Assembly: GCF_001194135.2 (NCBI RefSeq)
Contig: NC_068989.1
Coordinates: 68,272,206 to 68,321,591, forward strand
Source: Octopus bimaculoides
Lineage: Eukaryota
Direction of reading: 5' to 3'
Length of the DNA: 49,386 nt
Under the pieces are notes generated by a model. The model searched no databases. It was not told the DNA's origin and saw only the letters and a list, made by a program, of their open reading frames with translations. Of the stretch, positions 37,160 to 49,386 are shown in pieces. Position 1 is the stretch's first letter, and the number at the start of each line of letters is the position of its first letter. The position numbers were made by a program, and so were the translations under genes.

Positions 37160-37500
37160 GCTAATAAAATATATTCTTTCTTAAGCCCTTCACTCCCTAT
37201 GGAGTCTGGGTCATCAACGGCTTTTCTTCACTGTTCTCGACTATGGAATGTTATCTCTGATTCTCTTCATTTAAATATTTGTTTCCAGTTCTCCGTTAAT
37301 ATCCCACCATCAGCTATTTTAGGGCATCGTCTTTTTCTCCAGTCTGGCGGGATGTTTACATGACGGGAGGCCTTTTTCTCCAAGGTTTTGCTAATTTTGA
37401 ATTTTCATCGATGCTTCTGTAACTTTTCCTTTTTATTAGATAGAGGATGTTTGGCCTAGGCAAAACTACTTTTACTTCTAGGTGGTCCGTATTTGTCTGT
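37160..37500 (-). mobile_element. RTE-clade LINE 3' end relic
   Basis: Minus-strand PPDWRKRRCPK and REQ*RKAVDDPDSIGSEGLK resemble the GRRKRGRPK..W and DRxxWRKAV..S..SE end of RTE ORFs. Confidence 0.5.
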
Positions 37501-40167
37501 CCTTTATCGTCTGACATGTACAGCATGGGACACCTTACCAGGAAATTGTGCTCCTCTGGCATAGCTCTCAGAATCATTGAAACACCAAAGCCACTACACT
37601 GCAACATGAACTCAACGTTGTGGTGGATTAAAATTATGGAAATCATAAAAATATTAGCTGATCATCCTCACCTTCATATGCATCCTACTTAATATTGCAT
37701 ACTACCAACATAGAATTAATGACTAAGACCCTCTAGAAGGACAGCTCACTAAAATAGATTTACGCGAACAAATGTGAAGAAATAGCAGCAGTTAGATCCC
37801 AGCTTAATATATATAATATTGATGGAAAAGCTATAAAGAAAAACAGAAAGGAAATGCCACGAAATTTACGCGACTAGTTTAACTCTATACTATTTTAGCC
37901 GATTGAATTCCATATTTCAAAATGTCATGGCGGTTGAGAAGCGAATACATATAAATATTTGAAAACAATTAATTCACACAGAACTTGGTCAGATTACTAG
38001 AGAAGAACATCAACATGCGGTTAGATTACACATAATAGACATATCTCGGAACTTTTAAATATAACCGGAATAAACATATGACTGGCGTCTGTCAATGATA
38101 TATAATTACCTGACCCTAGGGAATTAGACAAGTTACTACTTTTAACAATGATCGTAGATTAACTAGAGCAATCTTTTCTGTTATATACACAACAAAACTT
38201 CTTGTATAAAAATTCGTGGATACATACATATATAGAGACACTTTTTCATGTAGGTCTATGTAGGCATACTACATTTTCAGATGATACACACAAGCATACC
38301 CATATACGCATGCACATTTATGCATTATATGTGTGAGTGTGAATACAATATATACTTATATGCAGACATACAATATGGAATATTAAACCTAATAACCAGT
38401 TGATCAAGCAAACGAGGCCTCATTTCAGTGAGGCGGGAGTGGGGGAAGGGATGGCCCCGAATCGGCGCGCATTTTATCCTTATGACACCCAGAAACTTGT
38501 TAGCATCCGGTATGTGGAGTTTTCAACTGGTAGCACTTGCATCTGCAAGTCGTTTGCAAAAGATCGAAAGAAAAAAATATGTACTTAATGTGATATGGCT
38601 TTTACATATATATATAGAGATATAACGCACACACTCACACATACATACATATATACATACTTACATACATACATACATACTTACATACATACAATGTGTG
38701 TGTCTATGTGCGCATTAACTTTTGACATTTCTTGTGTGTTTTTGAATTATTTTATGGTTTGTTTTGTTTTAATTAGAATGGTAAAATTCTTATCTCGGAG
38801 TTCATTGTTCTCACTAAAGGAAGTAATCATTTGTCACCTTCCAAGAAACGAAAAATTCTATCGCCCCACAATGAAGATAATCAATTTGAAACCATCAAAA
38901 TGAAATTGAAAGGAAAGTAAATTAATCATTTCTTTTACGCTGAACACTCACAATGTCATCACAATAAAGAATATGTTCAGCTACCAGACATCTATATCCG
39001 ATATTGCAAGAGAGAAGACCTTTTCTCATTTAATTAAAATATTTACTTGAAGCGATGGAATTTTATGTCCCTAAAATTCGGTTAAATCTAGGAATAGAAA
39101 ATACCATTACAGATACAAGATATATAGTCGGCAACTATCTTCTGGTATAGGTCGATAAATATCTTATCTATTATATAGTCATAATATATTTTGCTGAACT
39201 TTAATCGTAATATTCAGCGAATGTTTCCTCCAATGTCAATATGTTTTGTTCTTTTTGTGTTTTACTAAGTACTTATTGTGTGCAAGTTTATATCCGGACA
39301 CCAAATTCATAATACGTAATGTTACTGAAAATGTAATTCACGAAGATATCTTCTCTTCCGGCAAAATCAAGTTAGCATGCACAGAAAATATGAAATGAAG
39401 GGAAGAATGTCCTTTTTCACTTAAAGTATTCAGTTGTTGGATGAACTAACACGCTCCTTTAATTATAAGTATAAGTTGTTGAATATTGCACAATAACATG
39501 CGCATTTAATAAAATAATCAGACCGAAACAGTGTGACAAAGCTGTAATAAGCTTCGAAAAATGTACCACGTGACTGTTTCCATTCACAACGTTGTGATCA
39601 GTCCCTTGGTATAGTAAACATACTGGTGTAAGATGCCACACAGTGTAATCAAAACCAGAACATTACAGTCTTGAAGTAGACGTCTTGGCTGTTTGGCTAC
39701 GCTCGTCAGTCGAGTGGCAACATACCTCAAGAAACTCTTCTAAATTAAATAGAATATTTCAGCATCATGAGTTGACTAGAAATTTAGCCACGTCCCCTGA
39801 AGAATTACAATAACAATGCTCACTTCAAAATTTACGACAGATTCTAACATTCAAAATGGTAATTCGAACAGTTTAGAAAAATGACATCAGAACGAAATAA
39901 TTATTAAGGAAGAATAAGTTAAGAAAGTATGGTACACGATTAGAGACTACATAATTAAACATTCTTGTTGACAGCGTGATTAAATCAATTAAAATATAAC
40001 AAGGTGATGACGTTAGAATTAATGACTGGCAATGTGAATTTCATTAGTAAAATCTATATGGAAACAATGAAGACATTGTAAAATAAAATGATTTTATTGC
40101 TATACGACTAAACCAACCAGACCAGGAAAAGAATCACAAATTTTAACGTCTTACAGTNNNNNNNNNN

Positions 40168-40199
<32 letters not shown>

Positions 40200-43119
40200 A
40201 ATGATTCTCCGAATTTAAAAAGATTTGAATAAATGCATTAATGCATGCTCTTGTAGATCTATGAGATTTGACTTTCCAAAAGAAAAATTTTAATATGGCA
40301 GCTACGGATTTTCAGATAGCCATTGTTAGAAGAAATGGGTGTAGAGTATAAACAAGGGCCATGATATCTTTACATAATGTCAGTAACGCGAAGAGAATGG
40401 GTGACTGAGTGGGAAATACGACACACGACCAGCCAAGTCGGAGGAAAATAGTCTGCAATGTACAGTAGGAAAGGCAGAGGAAAGAGATCGATGGTTTCTA
40501 TGTTTATTAGTTGGGTGGTGTTTAATACTCTTAGATTGATTAAAATTCAAATTTTGAACATTAAAGATTGTTTTACCGATTATATTATTCAGTGTTTCAG
40601 GTTGCGCTATACAGAAGGTAGACAAAGCAGAGATGGGAGATCTGTTGGTTAGAGATTAATATATGCTGATGACGGTTTTCATTATGATTTGTTGGGTGGC
40701 GTATAATATACCAAGCTGTACACAGTTCTGATTTGAAACGTTAGATATAGGCTTCCTTTCGCCTTCATTCAGAGTTTTGTACGGAAACGGTTGTAAGAGA
40801 TCAAATGGTTGTACACTTGCTTTTATTCAGAGTTATGTACGGAAATCGTTGTTAACAATCTTGACAGAGTAAAATAAATTAATTTCTACGCTGCAAAACA
40901 AATATATTTTAAAATCTGAATTGCATATATCGTTGGTGATGTTCTTGCGATTGTTTAGGCTGAAATAATTTCCGGTTGAACAGTAATCAGAAGCCCTCTG
41001 TGACCCCTATTTCGTTTCAGAAATAGTTTACCACAGACTATATTATAAAAGGACTTCCTTATTTGCAAAGACAGTTATTTGCAGTTTGAGACAGATGGGG
41101 CTATTATTTCTATCAGTTGGATCGATTATGTACACTCTTTCTTATATCAGCAGTGTTAGTGTAAATAAATTAGATAACATGACATTTCTTTGCATCACGA
41201 ATGTATAACAAAAGATAGAATTTTTTTTAGTTTAGAAGCAAAAATCTTATGAATATTTATTTCTAACAAAGCTTCAGTTTTAATGGGATGAATATAATCA
41301 ATTAACTTGTCTCTATCTCCACTACTTCCTTTGTTCATATTCTATCAATCCTGAAAGATAAAATGGTAGATTCTGGTAAGATGGCTTAAAGCCAGAGCAT
41401 AAATGGCTGTAACTAAAATCTACAAGATATTTGTCCGACGCGCCATTGCTTTTGCCAATTTACCGTGATTATATTAATTACTATGAAATTCAAACATTGA
41501 CAAATTATTTCACATTTTGTAGATGTAATGTCAGTTTCATCGTGTTTGAAGAACATGATAAAGAGCGGCGTTCTCCGAATGGCTGTGTAAAACGATCCTT
41601 GACGCTACAGGGCTTTCTTCTCTGCTTGTGGTTTGTAGTTTTGAAGTGAGATTCAGTCCGTGCAATCTGATCCCACCCTTTAGACTTGGAGATCTGACCC
41701 CAGTAAGACTATTAAACACCACCCTGCGGTGGCCAGCAGACTATAGGTTTTACATTAGAGGGACTTCTCCGAGATGAAATTTCTTTCAAGTCTAGAGAGA
41801 TTCACTTACCCTGAAGTTGCTGAATGTCAAAGAGGCAACCAAATCACGCGTTGGACTCTACCACTTGATTTGCTGCAAGGGTTGACTCACCTAGCCTTTT
41901 CCTTCCCCAAGGCTCTCAAAAGTGTGCTAACTATGCTGGGACACTGACGCGCGCTACTGCTCCAGATCAGAGAAGACCTAAAAATAACACATTCTAAGCG
42001 GTGGTTCCACACTACTCAAAACCTTGGTACTTTTGAACCAGGGCTCCACAATTGGATGCAGTTTAAAGTCATACGCAGGGCTGTAGGAGATAATAGTTGA
42101 TTAAACGGACAGAAATTCTTGAGCGGTTCTTATCTTATCTAAAAGATAGAATGAAAGGAAATAGGCTTTACAGTGAGACAAACTCGGAACATAAAGTGAT
42201 GAAGCTAAATATTACAATACATTCGGAAATGTGATGCAGTAATTTACAATCATTGTATCATTTAATATGGGAAATAAAAATCGTATTTAACACTACTCAG
42301 AACTGAATTTATTTGTAACTTACGTGTTCTTTGAGTAACACATTCTTAATTCTATAATAAAATTCCGTTCTTGTTATAGGGTTGCATTTATTCATTTATT
42401 TATTTACTTTTTATATGAAACCGACAAGCAGACGTAGGCTCACATAAATTCTATCTGCAAAAAGGTTCCATTTTGAAATCTTAACAACATTAAATCATTT
42501 ATAGTGAAAGCATTCACGAGGAAAAGATACCTTACATACTCTCAAGAACCTTTCCATGTGTAAAAGAAAAATCATTAGAAGATTTTGAAAGTACACTACA
42601 ATTGTTCTACTAAGGTTCACATTGGATCGGGATTCAAATTAGGAAGTTGGTATAGTCTCCATGACTCTCCAGCAGTATATATATTACCAATTACTAATTC
42701 CCCACTTAAATATATTGAGCATCTATATAAGTGCTTATTCAATAATTTTCAGTCGTCATATAGGATGTTAAGGCATTATGGAGAATAACACGAATAGATT
42801 CAAGAGATATTGAACAAGATTGGTGAAATGTATTTCAGACGTAAATTATAAATGTTGAATTTATGGAGAGCATGTTTATCTCAAGAAACTGGCGCCAAAC
42901 TTTCGCGCGCACACACACACATGCACACACACACACACACGCGAATATATGCATATCATATTTTATATCATATTACATTATGTCATATATTATATTTAGC
43001 TGAGCCAGTCTCTCGCTATTCTGAAGTTTCTCCTATGTTCACAATAATGTTTAGCCTGATCCAGGATAGCAAGAGTGACTTAGCCATAAAAAAATATTAA
43101 CCTCTGCTATGGATTTGAT

Positions 43120-43258
43120 AGAGGTGCGGCTGTGTGGTAAGAAGTTTGATTCCCAACCATATGGCTCCGAATTCAGTTCCATTGCGTGTCTTCTATCAAA
43201 GCCTCGTGCCGCCCAGAGTCTTGTGAGTGGACTTGTTTGACGGAGAATGAAAGCACGT

Positions 43259-43260
<2 letters not shown>
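43120..43260 (+). mobile_element. Family A SINE 5' half running into (TA)n(GA)n(GATA)n
   Basis: GGCTGTGTGGTAAGAAGTTTG..CCAACCATATGG..GTGTCTTCTA..CTTGTGAGTGGA..GACGGA. Confidence 0.7.
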
Positions 43261-43302
<42 letters not shown>

Positions 43303-43325
43303 GAGAGAGAGAAAGTGAGAGAGAA

Positions 43326-43395
<70 letters not shown>

Positions 43396-44122
43396 CTGTC
43401 TATATGCGCCTTTATGTGCGTGTCCCTCACTACTGCTTGACATATATATACACACTCAAAATGTTTGTGTGTTGAACCTAAAGTGACTGGTTGGTAGAAT
43501 CATGAGGACGTCGGTTAGATTACGGTAATCATTCTGTTAGATTTCGTTCTCTATTCAGATCTTGCTGAGGTCAGCTTTGCTGTTAATCTTTCCGTTGTCG
43601 ATAAATAAAATACCATTCCTGTGCTGGTGTCGAGTCTTCTCGCACGTTCTCTTTCTCTCTCTTCCTCTCATTTCCTAACTTTCTTCAGGAAGAAATCGAA
43701 TTTGGTCAGATCTGAAGAGAGATGGGCTTGAGCAGGTCTAAAATATACGCAAAACATACCGAATATCACTATGACACTCAGCAATAAAATTCAATTCCTG
43801 TTATAGGGTTGGTTTTATATATTTAATTATTTAATTTTTCTCTTTCTTCTTGTATGAAACCGACAAAGACACCATCAATGAGTGGATGAACCCAAAGAAA
43901 GGGCATTGTGTGTATGTGTGTGTGTGTGTGTGCACGCGTGTGTGTGCGTGTGTGAGTGTCTTTGAGTGTGTAGGCGTGTGTACGAACGGGGGAATTTGTC
44001 TGTATGCTCGTGCGCATGCTTACGTAGGCGTTTACATTTGTTCAGTGAGACGAACTTCTTTGAAAGAGATGAAGACGAACGAGATGTTATTATACACACA
44101 TACAGACACATCTGTATGTGTT

Positions 44123-44160
<38 letters not shown>

Positions 44161-44230
44161 TGCGCGTATGTGCGTGTGTCTACATATACATAGATATGTA
44201 GGTAGACTAATTACTTCAACAACATATGCT

Positions 44231-44279
<49 letters not shown>

Positions 44280-44725
44280 AACAACACACTCACACACATA
44301 TACAGCATATGTTATTCAAGTAATTAGTGTATATGCAGATGTTTTACATAGCATAGCAAAATAATAGATGAATATAGAATTAGTTCATTGTCATTTAGAA
44401 GATATTATTCACTCTCCACATGCGCATTGATCTCATCCGTTGTCAGGTCAGTAACTAAGGCAAGCGACGAATTGGAATACAAGCACACAACTAGAGTCGT
44501 TACGTGAATCATAAACCGGTAGAAATTAAAGAAAAATGTAGACATGCGTGTATACATACACCGAAATGCACACACATGTACATATGTATGTAACGCATAG
44601 CGAAAAAGTGTTGGATAGCTAGAGAGAAAGACAGATAGCTAACTAGCTACGTAGACCTTTATCTCTCGCTGTCATTCTTTCTTTCTCTCAATCTCTCTTC
44701 CAGTTTCTCTATCTTTCTCTCTTTT

Positions 44726-44768
<43 letters not shown>

Positions 44769-45132
44769 AATACTCCTGCTTATGAAGTATTTCATTAGCG
44801 TAAATACCAGCGTTTACGCCATCTTGTTCATTAATGAAACTTTAGAAAAAGTACTAAAAAGTAAATATTTTAGCAAAGACCTGCAAATATAGAAATATAG
44901 CCGTTTACGCTTGATATGCAAACTTGGCAGAAAGGAATTAAAAGTGTTTAGCCAATATCTGATGAAGGCAACAAAATACGTTTTCACCTTCTTCCAAAAA
45001 TCGGAGTCTGTTAGCTTGGAATCCTATACACAGAACGATTTTTTTTATGTAAATACTCGCTGGTGCTATAGCGATCTTTCTTATACTCCTTGTTCTACTT
45101 CTATGCAAACCATGTGATATTTCTACCATGTG

Positions 45133-45340
45133 GCATTAAGCTGGTTCCATAAGTGCTAATAGTTTTTCACACATAATATATCCTTTCCGTCCATTATGCT
45201 TCTTGATTTTGTTTCAGTTCAGATGTGATGTACCTTGCACGGAAGTATTATGTAATCTTACGCGACTATTATGTGTAAGCACTTGAAATGCGTTCAAGCG
45301 CCTCTTCACTTAGAAGTACTACTTGATGAAGGCCAGTTAT
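45133..45340 (-). mobile_element. Possible old mariner 3' end
   Basis: ATTAAGCTGGTTCCATAAGTGCTAATAGTTTTT resembles mariner TIRs; only weak protein similarity next to it. Confidence 0.3.
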
Positions 45341-46182
45341 AATCATAATGTACTATTGTTTTCTGAAAAGTGCACCATTACCTCTACATAATAATAGCCG
45401 ATATAAACGTTGGTTCGTTGGTTCGTTGATTGGTTGCCAGAGTGATTTCTCCAGATATATTTCATAGTGTATAGAGACACAGGGGAGTGAGAGAGAGTAA
45501 CTGAGATACAAATAGCTAACATGAGAGGTGCTGTATGAATGCTTATACTTGGCTTAGTAGCAAGCAATGAAGAATGCTACCCACAATGAAGAAAACTATA
45601 GAGGAGGTGGAGGAGGAGACGACAGAGTGACAATATGAGAAGTTATTCAAACGAGAAATTAGTTTTATTTAATTTTATTTTAATACAACAAATATTTCTT
45701 TTGAAAATTAGTATTCATTTCATCATTTTCGATAAGCACCAATACATTTGATAAAAATTAAATTATAATTATCTTATGTATGCCATATCTCTTGATATTA
45801 CCCATAGTGACAAAAGTATACTTCCAAAGCTATGCATTATATGACAGGTTACACTATTGTACATTTTGATAAGTAGAGACGAATATAGTTGAGTAAACCA
45901 TTTGTAATTTATTAGTCAAGTCAATGACGAAAACCTCCAATTCTGTCAATTCATGTTTCTGATTTATGATTTATCAATCCATTTCATCAAAACAACCGCA
46001 ATCTATTCGACCGAGTTTTAAACAAGTCTATACCAGCTCCACCAGAGTTGATTCATATCTAGTACCTATTTCTCAATTGTATTAAATATATAGATATCCT
46101 TAATGCGCTGTATTGAATTCGTTGATATAGCACAAGGTTCGCTTGCTTCACTTGTTTTTCTCTCATTAACTATTAAAGACAT

Positions 46183-46386
46183 AAGGCGGCGGGCCGGCAG
46201 AAACGTTAGCACGCCGGGCGAAATGCTTAGCGGTATTTCGTCTGCCGTTACCTTCTGAGTTCAAATTCCGCCGAGCACGACTTTCGAGATCGATAAATTA
46301 AGTACCAGTTGCGTACTGAGGTCGATCTAATCGACTGCCCCCCCCCCTCCCCGAAAATTTTTTATCTTGTGCCTAGAGTAGAAATG
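46183..46386 (+). mobile_element. Young family B SINE with a perfect 18-bp target-site duplication
   Basis: ATTAACTATTAAAGACAT at 46165-46182 and 46387-46404 flanks a 204-bp CpG-rich element. Confidence 0.93.
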
Positions 46387-48305
46387 ATTAACTATTAAAG
46401 ACATGTTTTAATTCGTAATAAACGTTCATCATGTCATTAGACATTCTGCTACAGTAAAACAAACATAAGATAATCGCAACTGAACTAGTCTGATCTATCG
46501 AATGAATTAAACAAGATTTGTATCCAGACCTGTTGCAAGCACAATAATTTCTCGATTCAGCTGCTCATTTTCGCTTGCATGTGACATGTTTTATTGCTAT
46601 AGACATCGTGTTCATGAGCTAAGACTTATTTTGTTAACGTCTTGTGCCTGACTCATAACATTCAATTTTAAAGTCAAGTTTAATACATAGTCACCACTCT
46701 CCATGGTTACGTGTATCTTTCATCTCTGCTTAACACAGCGCAAACTGCTGACGAATACTATCCCTATGAACCTCTATAGTCAGGAAATATAGTTGCAGTT
46801 TTAGTATCGCTATTAGAAGTAGTAGTAGTAGTAGTAGTAGTGGTGGTAGCTGCAGCAGAAGCGATGATAGATGTATTTTAGTAGTAGTAATTTTGTAAGA
46901 ATGGTGGTGGTGGTGGTGGTGGTGGTGGNNNNNNNNNNNNNNNNNNNNNNNNNNNNNNNNNNNNNNNNNNNNNNNNNNNNNNNNNNNNNNNNNNNNNNNN
47001 NNNNNNNNNNNNNNNNNNNNNNNNNNNNNNNNNNNNNNNNNNNNNNNNNNNNNNNNNNNNNNNNNNNNNNNNNNNNNNNNNNNNNNNNNNNNNNNNNNNN
47101 NNNNNNNNNNNNNNNNNNNNNNNNNNNNNNNNNNNNNNNNNNNNNNNNNNNNNNNNNNNNNNNNNNNNNNNNNNNNNNNNNNNNNNNNNNNNNNNNNNNN
47201 NNNNNNNNNNNNNNNNNNNNNNNNNNNNNNNNNNNNNNNNNNNNNNNNNNNNNNNNNNNNNNNNNNNNNNNNNNNNNNNNNNNNNNNNNNNNNNNNNNNN
47301 NNNNNNNNNNNNNNNNNNNNNNNNNNNNNNNNNNNNNNNNNNNNNNNNNNNNNNNNNNNNNNNNNNNNNNNNNNNNNNNNNNNNNNNNNNNNNNNNNNNN
47401 NNNNNNNNNNNNNNNNNNNNNNNNNNNNNNNNNNNNNNNNNNNNNNNNNNNNNNNNNNNNNNNNNNNNNNNNNNNNNNNNNNNNNNNNNNNNNNNNNNNN
47501 NNNNNNNNNNNNNNNNNNNNNNNNNNNNNNNNNNNNNNNNNNNNNNNNNNNNNNNNNNNNNNNNNNNNNNNNNNNNNNNNNNNNNNNNNNNNNNNNNNNN
47601 NNNNNNNNNNNNNNNNNNNNNNNNNNNNNNNNNNNNNNNNNNNNNNNNNNNNNNNNNNNNNNNNNNNNNNNNNNNNNNNNNNNNNNNNNNNNNNNNNNNN
47701 NNNNNNNNNNNNNNNNNNNNNNNNNNNNNNNNNNNNNNNNNNNNNNNNNNNNNNNNNNATATATATATATATATATATATATAAGGGAAGCTCGCTTGAA
47801 GCATTGTAGTACAGATGTAGAGAAAGAAAAGGAAAATAAAGAACGTTTCAGACAAAGCAGGAAGTCTTATACAGGCGCAAAGGCTCGTTCTCAAAAGGAA
47901 GCTGTCCAACAAGTAATATCTAGTTACATCAATTTTCTCATTTTGTATTAAATATAAAGGCTTTTGCAAAACTTTCTACATTGTTAGAAGCTTTCTTATT
48001 TTCCTTCCCTCTTTTTACAGATACACACGCGCGCACACACATATACATATTTTCTACCTCTCTCTCTACATATATATAAGTTTTTTTTATATTAAAATGT
48101 AAATCTCTATGACACACCCAATCACATGTAGGCAGGCGCGATAATGTGTGAATATGTGTAGCAAGTATGCACACTTCATGTCGTCTTAGTGAGATATTTT
48201 TAACAAAATTGGGCAACACGCTTTCACCTATATTATGAATTAAATGGACTACGAATTATCTAGATTGGAAAAATTAAACAGAAATTAACTTCTGAAGCGA
48301 TATAG

Positions 48306-48563
48306 GAAAGAAATATTTATGACGGTAGCGAATCCTACGTTACAACGTGTTCAGTTCCGAGAACTGCAACTCTCAGCCGGTGCAACAAAAAGAATATAAC
48401 CCTCTGTGAGCAGTGTAAGGCTCTCTGTGACCTGGAGTTGAATACGAAGTGTCCAGAACGGATGAATGTGTGGAAAACAGAAAATTTTTATCTAAATAGA
48501 TGTATCTGTCTTTCGACGGTAAACTACCTCCAAACACTCTACATGGATTCGACCTTCTTGTAG
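48306..48563 (+). other. 85-codon Cys-rich open frame, possible piggyBac C-terminal domain relic
   Basis: ERNIYDGSESYVTTCSVPRTATLSRCNKKNITLCEQCKALCDLELNTKCPERMNVWKTENFYLNRCIC... has 8 Cys and no upstream ATG. Confidence 0.25.
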
Positions 48564-49012
48564 GAAATATACACGGTAAAAACACATCTGCAGTGCACAA
48601 AATACATTAAAATTTATCTTAAAGGGTTACTATTCACCAACGTGTTTTTTAAAGTTAGGAATAATTTAATCTATGATATTATGTCTCTACAGTGAAATAA
48701 TAAAGTGAAAGAAAATCAAGATATACGATCATAGAGGACATTTACGTGATCTTACGTCATATAGTTTCCGTATCTGCGCAGTCTGTTTCGATCCCTGTAT
48801 CTCTCATCAGGCGATGTAAAACTATAGAACTTCTCTATAGCCAGTAGTATTACACTATCAGCCACGCAGTGTTTGATACAAAACAGCTCGGAACGAATGA
48901 ATGAAAAGAAACTCAAAAAGAATTTTATTGACAAGTTTCGAGGAAAAGTTATCTTGCATTCTTTAAGTTAGAATTAACTTCCTTAAACTCGGAAACTGGG
49001 TGCAAACAATGA

Positions 49013-49386
49013 TATAGGTACCCGATTCTCTTTGGGTATTTACTTCCGAACCACATTTACCTAATTACAATCCATGTGTGTATATGCTTATTTAGAACTC
49101 AGAGAAATAACAGTAAAAAAGAACAATCTCACCAAGGTAACAAAAACCAGAGCATGAGGCAACATCAACGCCCATCCCACCAGGAATCAAAGAGGAACTA
49201 CGGTAAGAACTCTTCCCCTTTTGTACGCAAACACCCTAATCTACACATTATAAACAAAAAACATGAACAAAATAAATATTTCTCTGATCAGACCTTTAGA
49301 CGTAGGAACACCAGATCATTTTCAAAACCTCAACAAAGATTACCTACAAAAAACGGGGGAAAAAACCGGCCTAGAACCAGAAACAA
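49013..49386 (+). other. Stop-free frame running off the window end (exon or retroelement ORF start)
   Basis: 124 codons without a stop; hydrophilic K/N/Q/R-rich from 49097; in-frame ATG at 49154. Confidence 0.3.

Larger units (their letters stand above)
1896..47758. other. 15 assembly gaps (N runs, ~7.2 kb total)
   Basis: N runs at 1896-2514, 5009-5670, 6318-6572, 8528-9171, 10065-10699, 11028-11243, 13780-14452, 16545-17506, 21926-21982, 23858-24290, 25261-26005, 29880-30349, 36041-36050, 40158-40167, 46929-47758. Confidence 0.98.

Noticed and set aside
39726-39796. Minus-strand 71-nt segment with good acceptor and GAG|GTATGT donor
   Set aside because: Stops in all three frames; it could only be a non-coding or terminal exon and has no other support.
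1809-47969. Long ORFs in the track containing X runs or YIYI/HTHT/CVCV/ERER repeats
   Set aside because: Artefacts of N gaps and microsatellites, which lack stop codons in some frames.
1-49386. CRISPR arrays, rRNA genes, prokaryotic operons
   Set aside because: No regularly spaced repeat-spacer array or rRNA similarity; the sequence is clearly eukaryotic and repeat-rich.

Overview
AT-rich eukaryotic (metazoan) genomic DNA from a fragmented assembly. It has 15 N-gaps totalling about 7.2 kb, most bordered by microsatellites. The SINE families and microsatellite density suggest a coleoid cephalopod, probably Octopus (inference from recalled repeat families, not a database search). I found no confidently identifiable host protein-coding gene; most ORFs in the supplied track are gap or microsatellite artefacts. 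The window is mainly transposon debris: three tRNA-derived SINE families, Tc1/mariner transposase relics and MITEs, 3' ends of CR1/Jockey-type and RTE LINEs, and a decayed Penelope-like retroelement with recognisable RT (YRDD) and GIY-YIG motifs. The most interesting signal is a set of minimal type I hammerhead-ribozyme motifs with loopless palindromic stem III. One is at 2729-2774 (+), inside a tRNA-headed ~310 bp element; one is at 24860-24901 (-); a weaker one is near 48800. A tRNA-like cassette also sits inside a 309-bp-period direct repeat. Together these suggest non-autonomous retrozyme-like or Penelope-dependent elements. The copies here carry core mutations and are probably inactive. 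Several long inverted repeats and a few speculative exon candidates are also noted.
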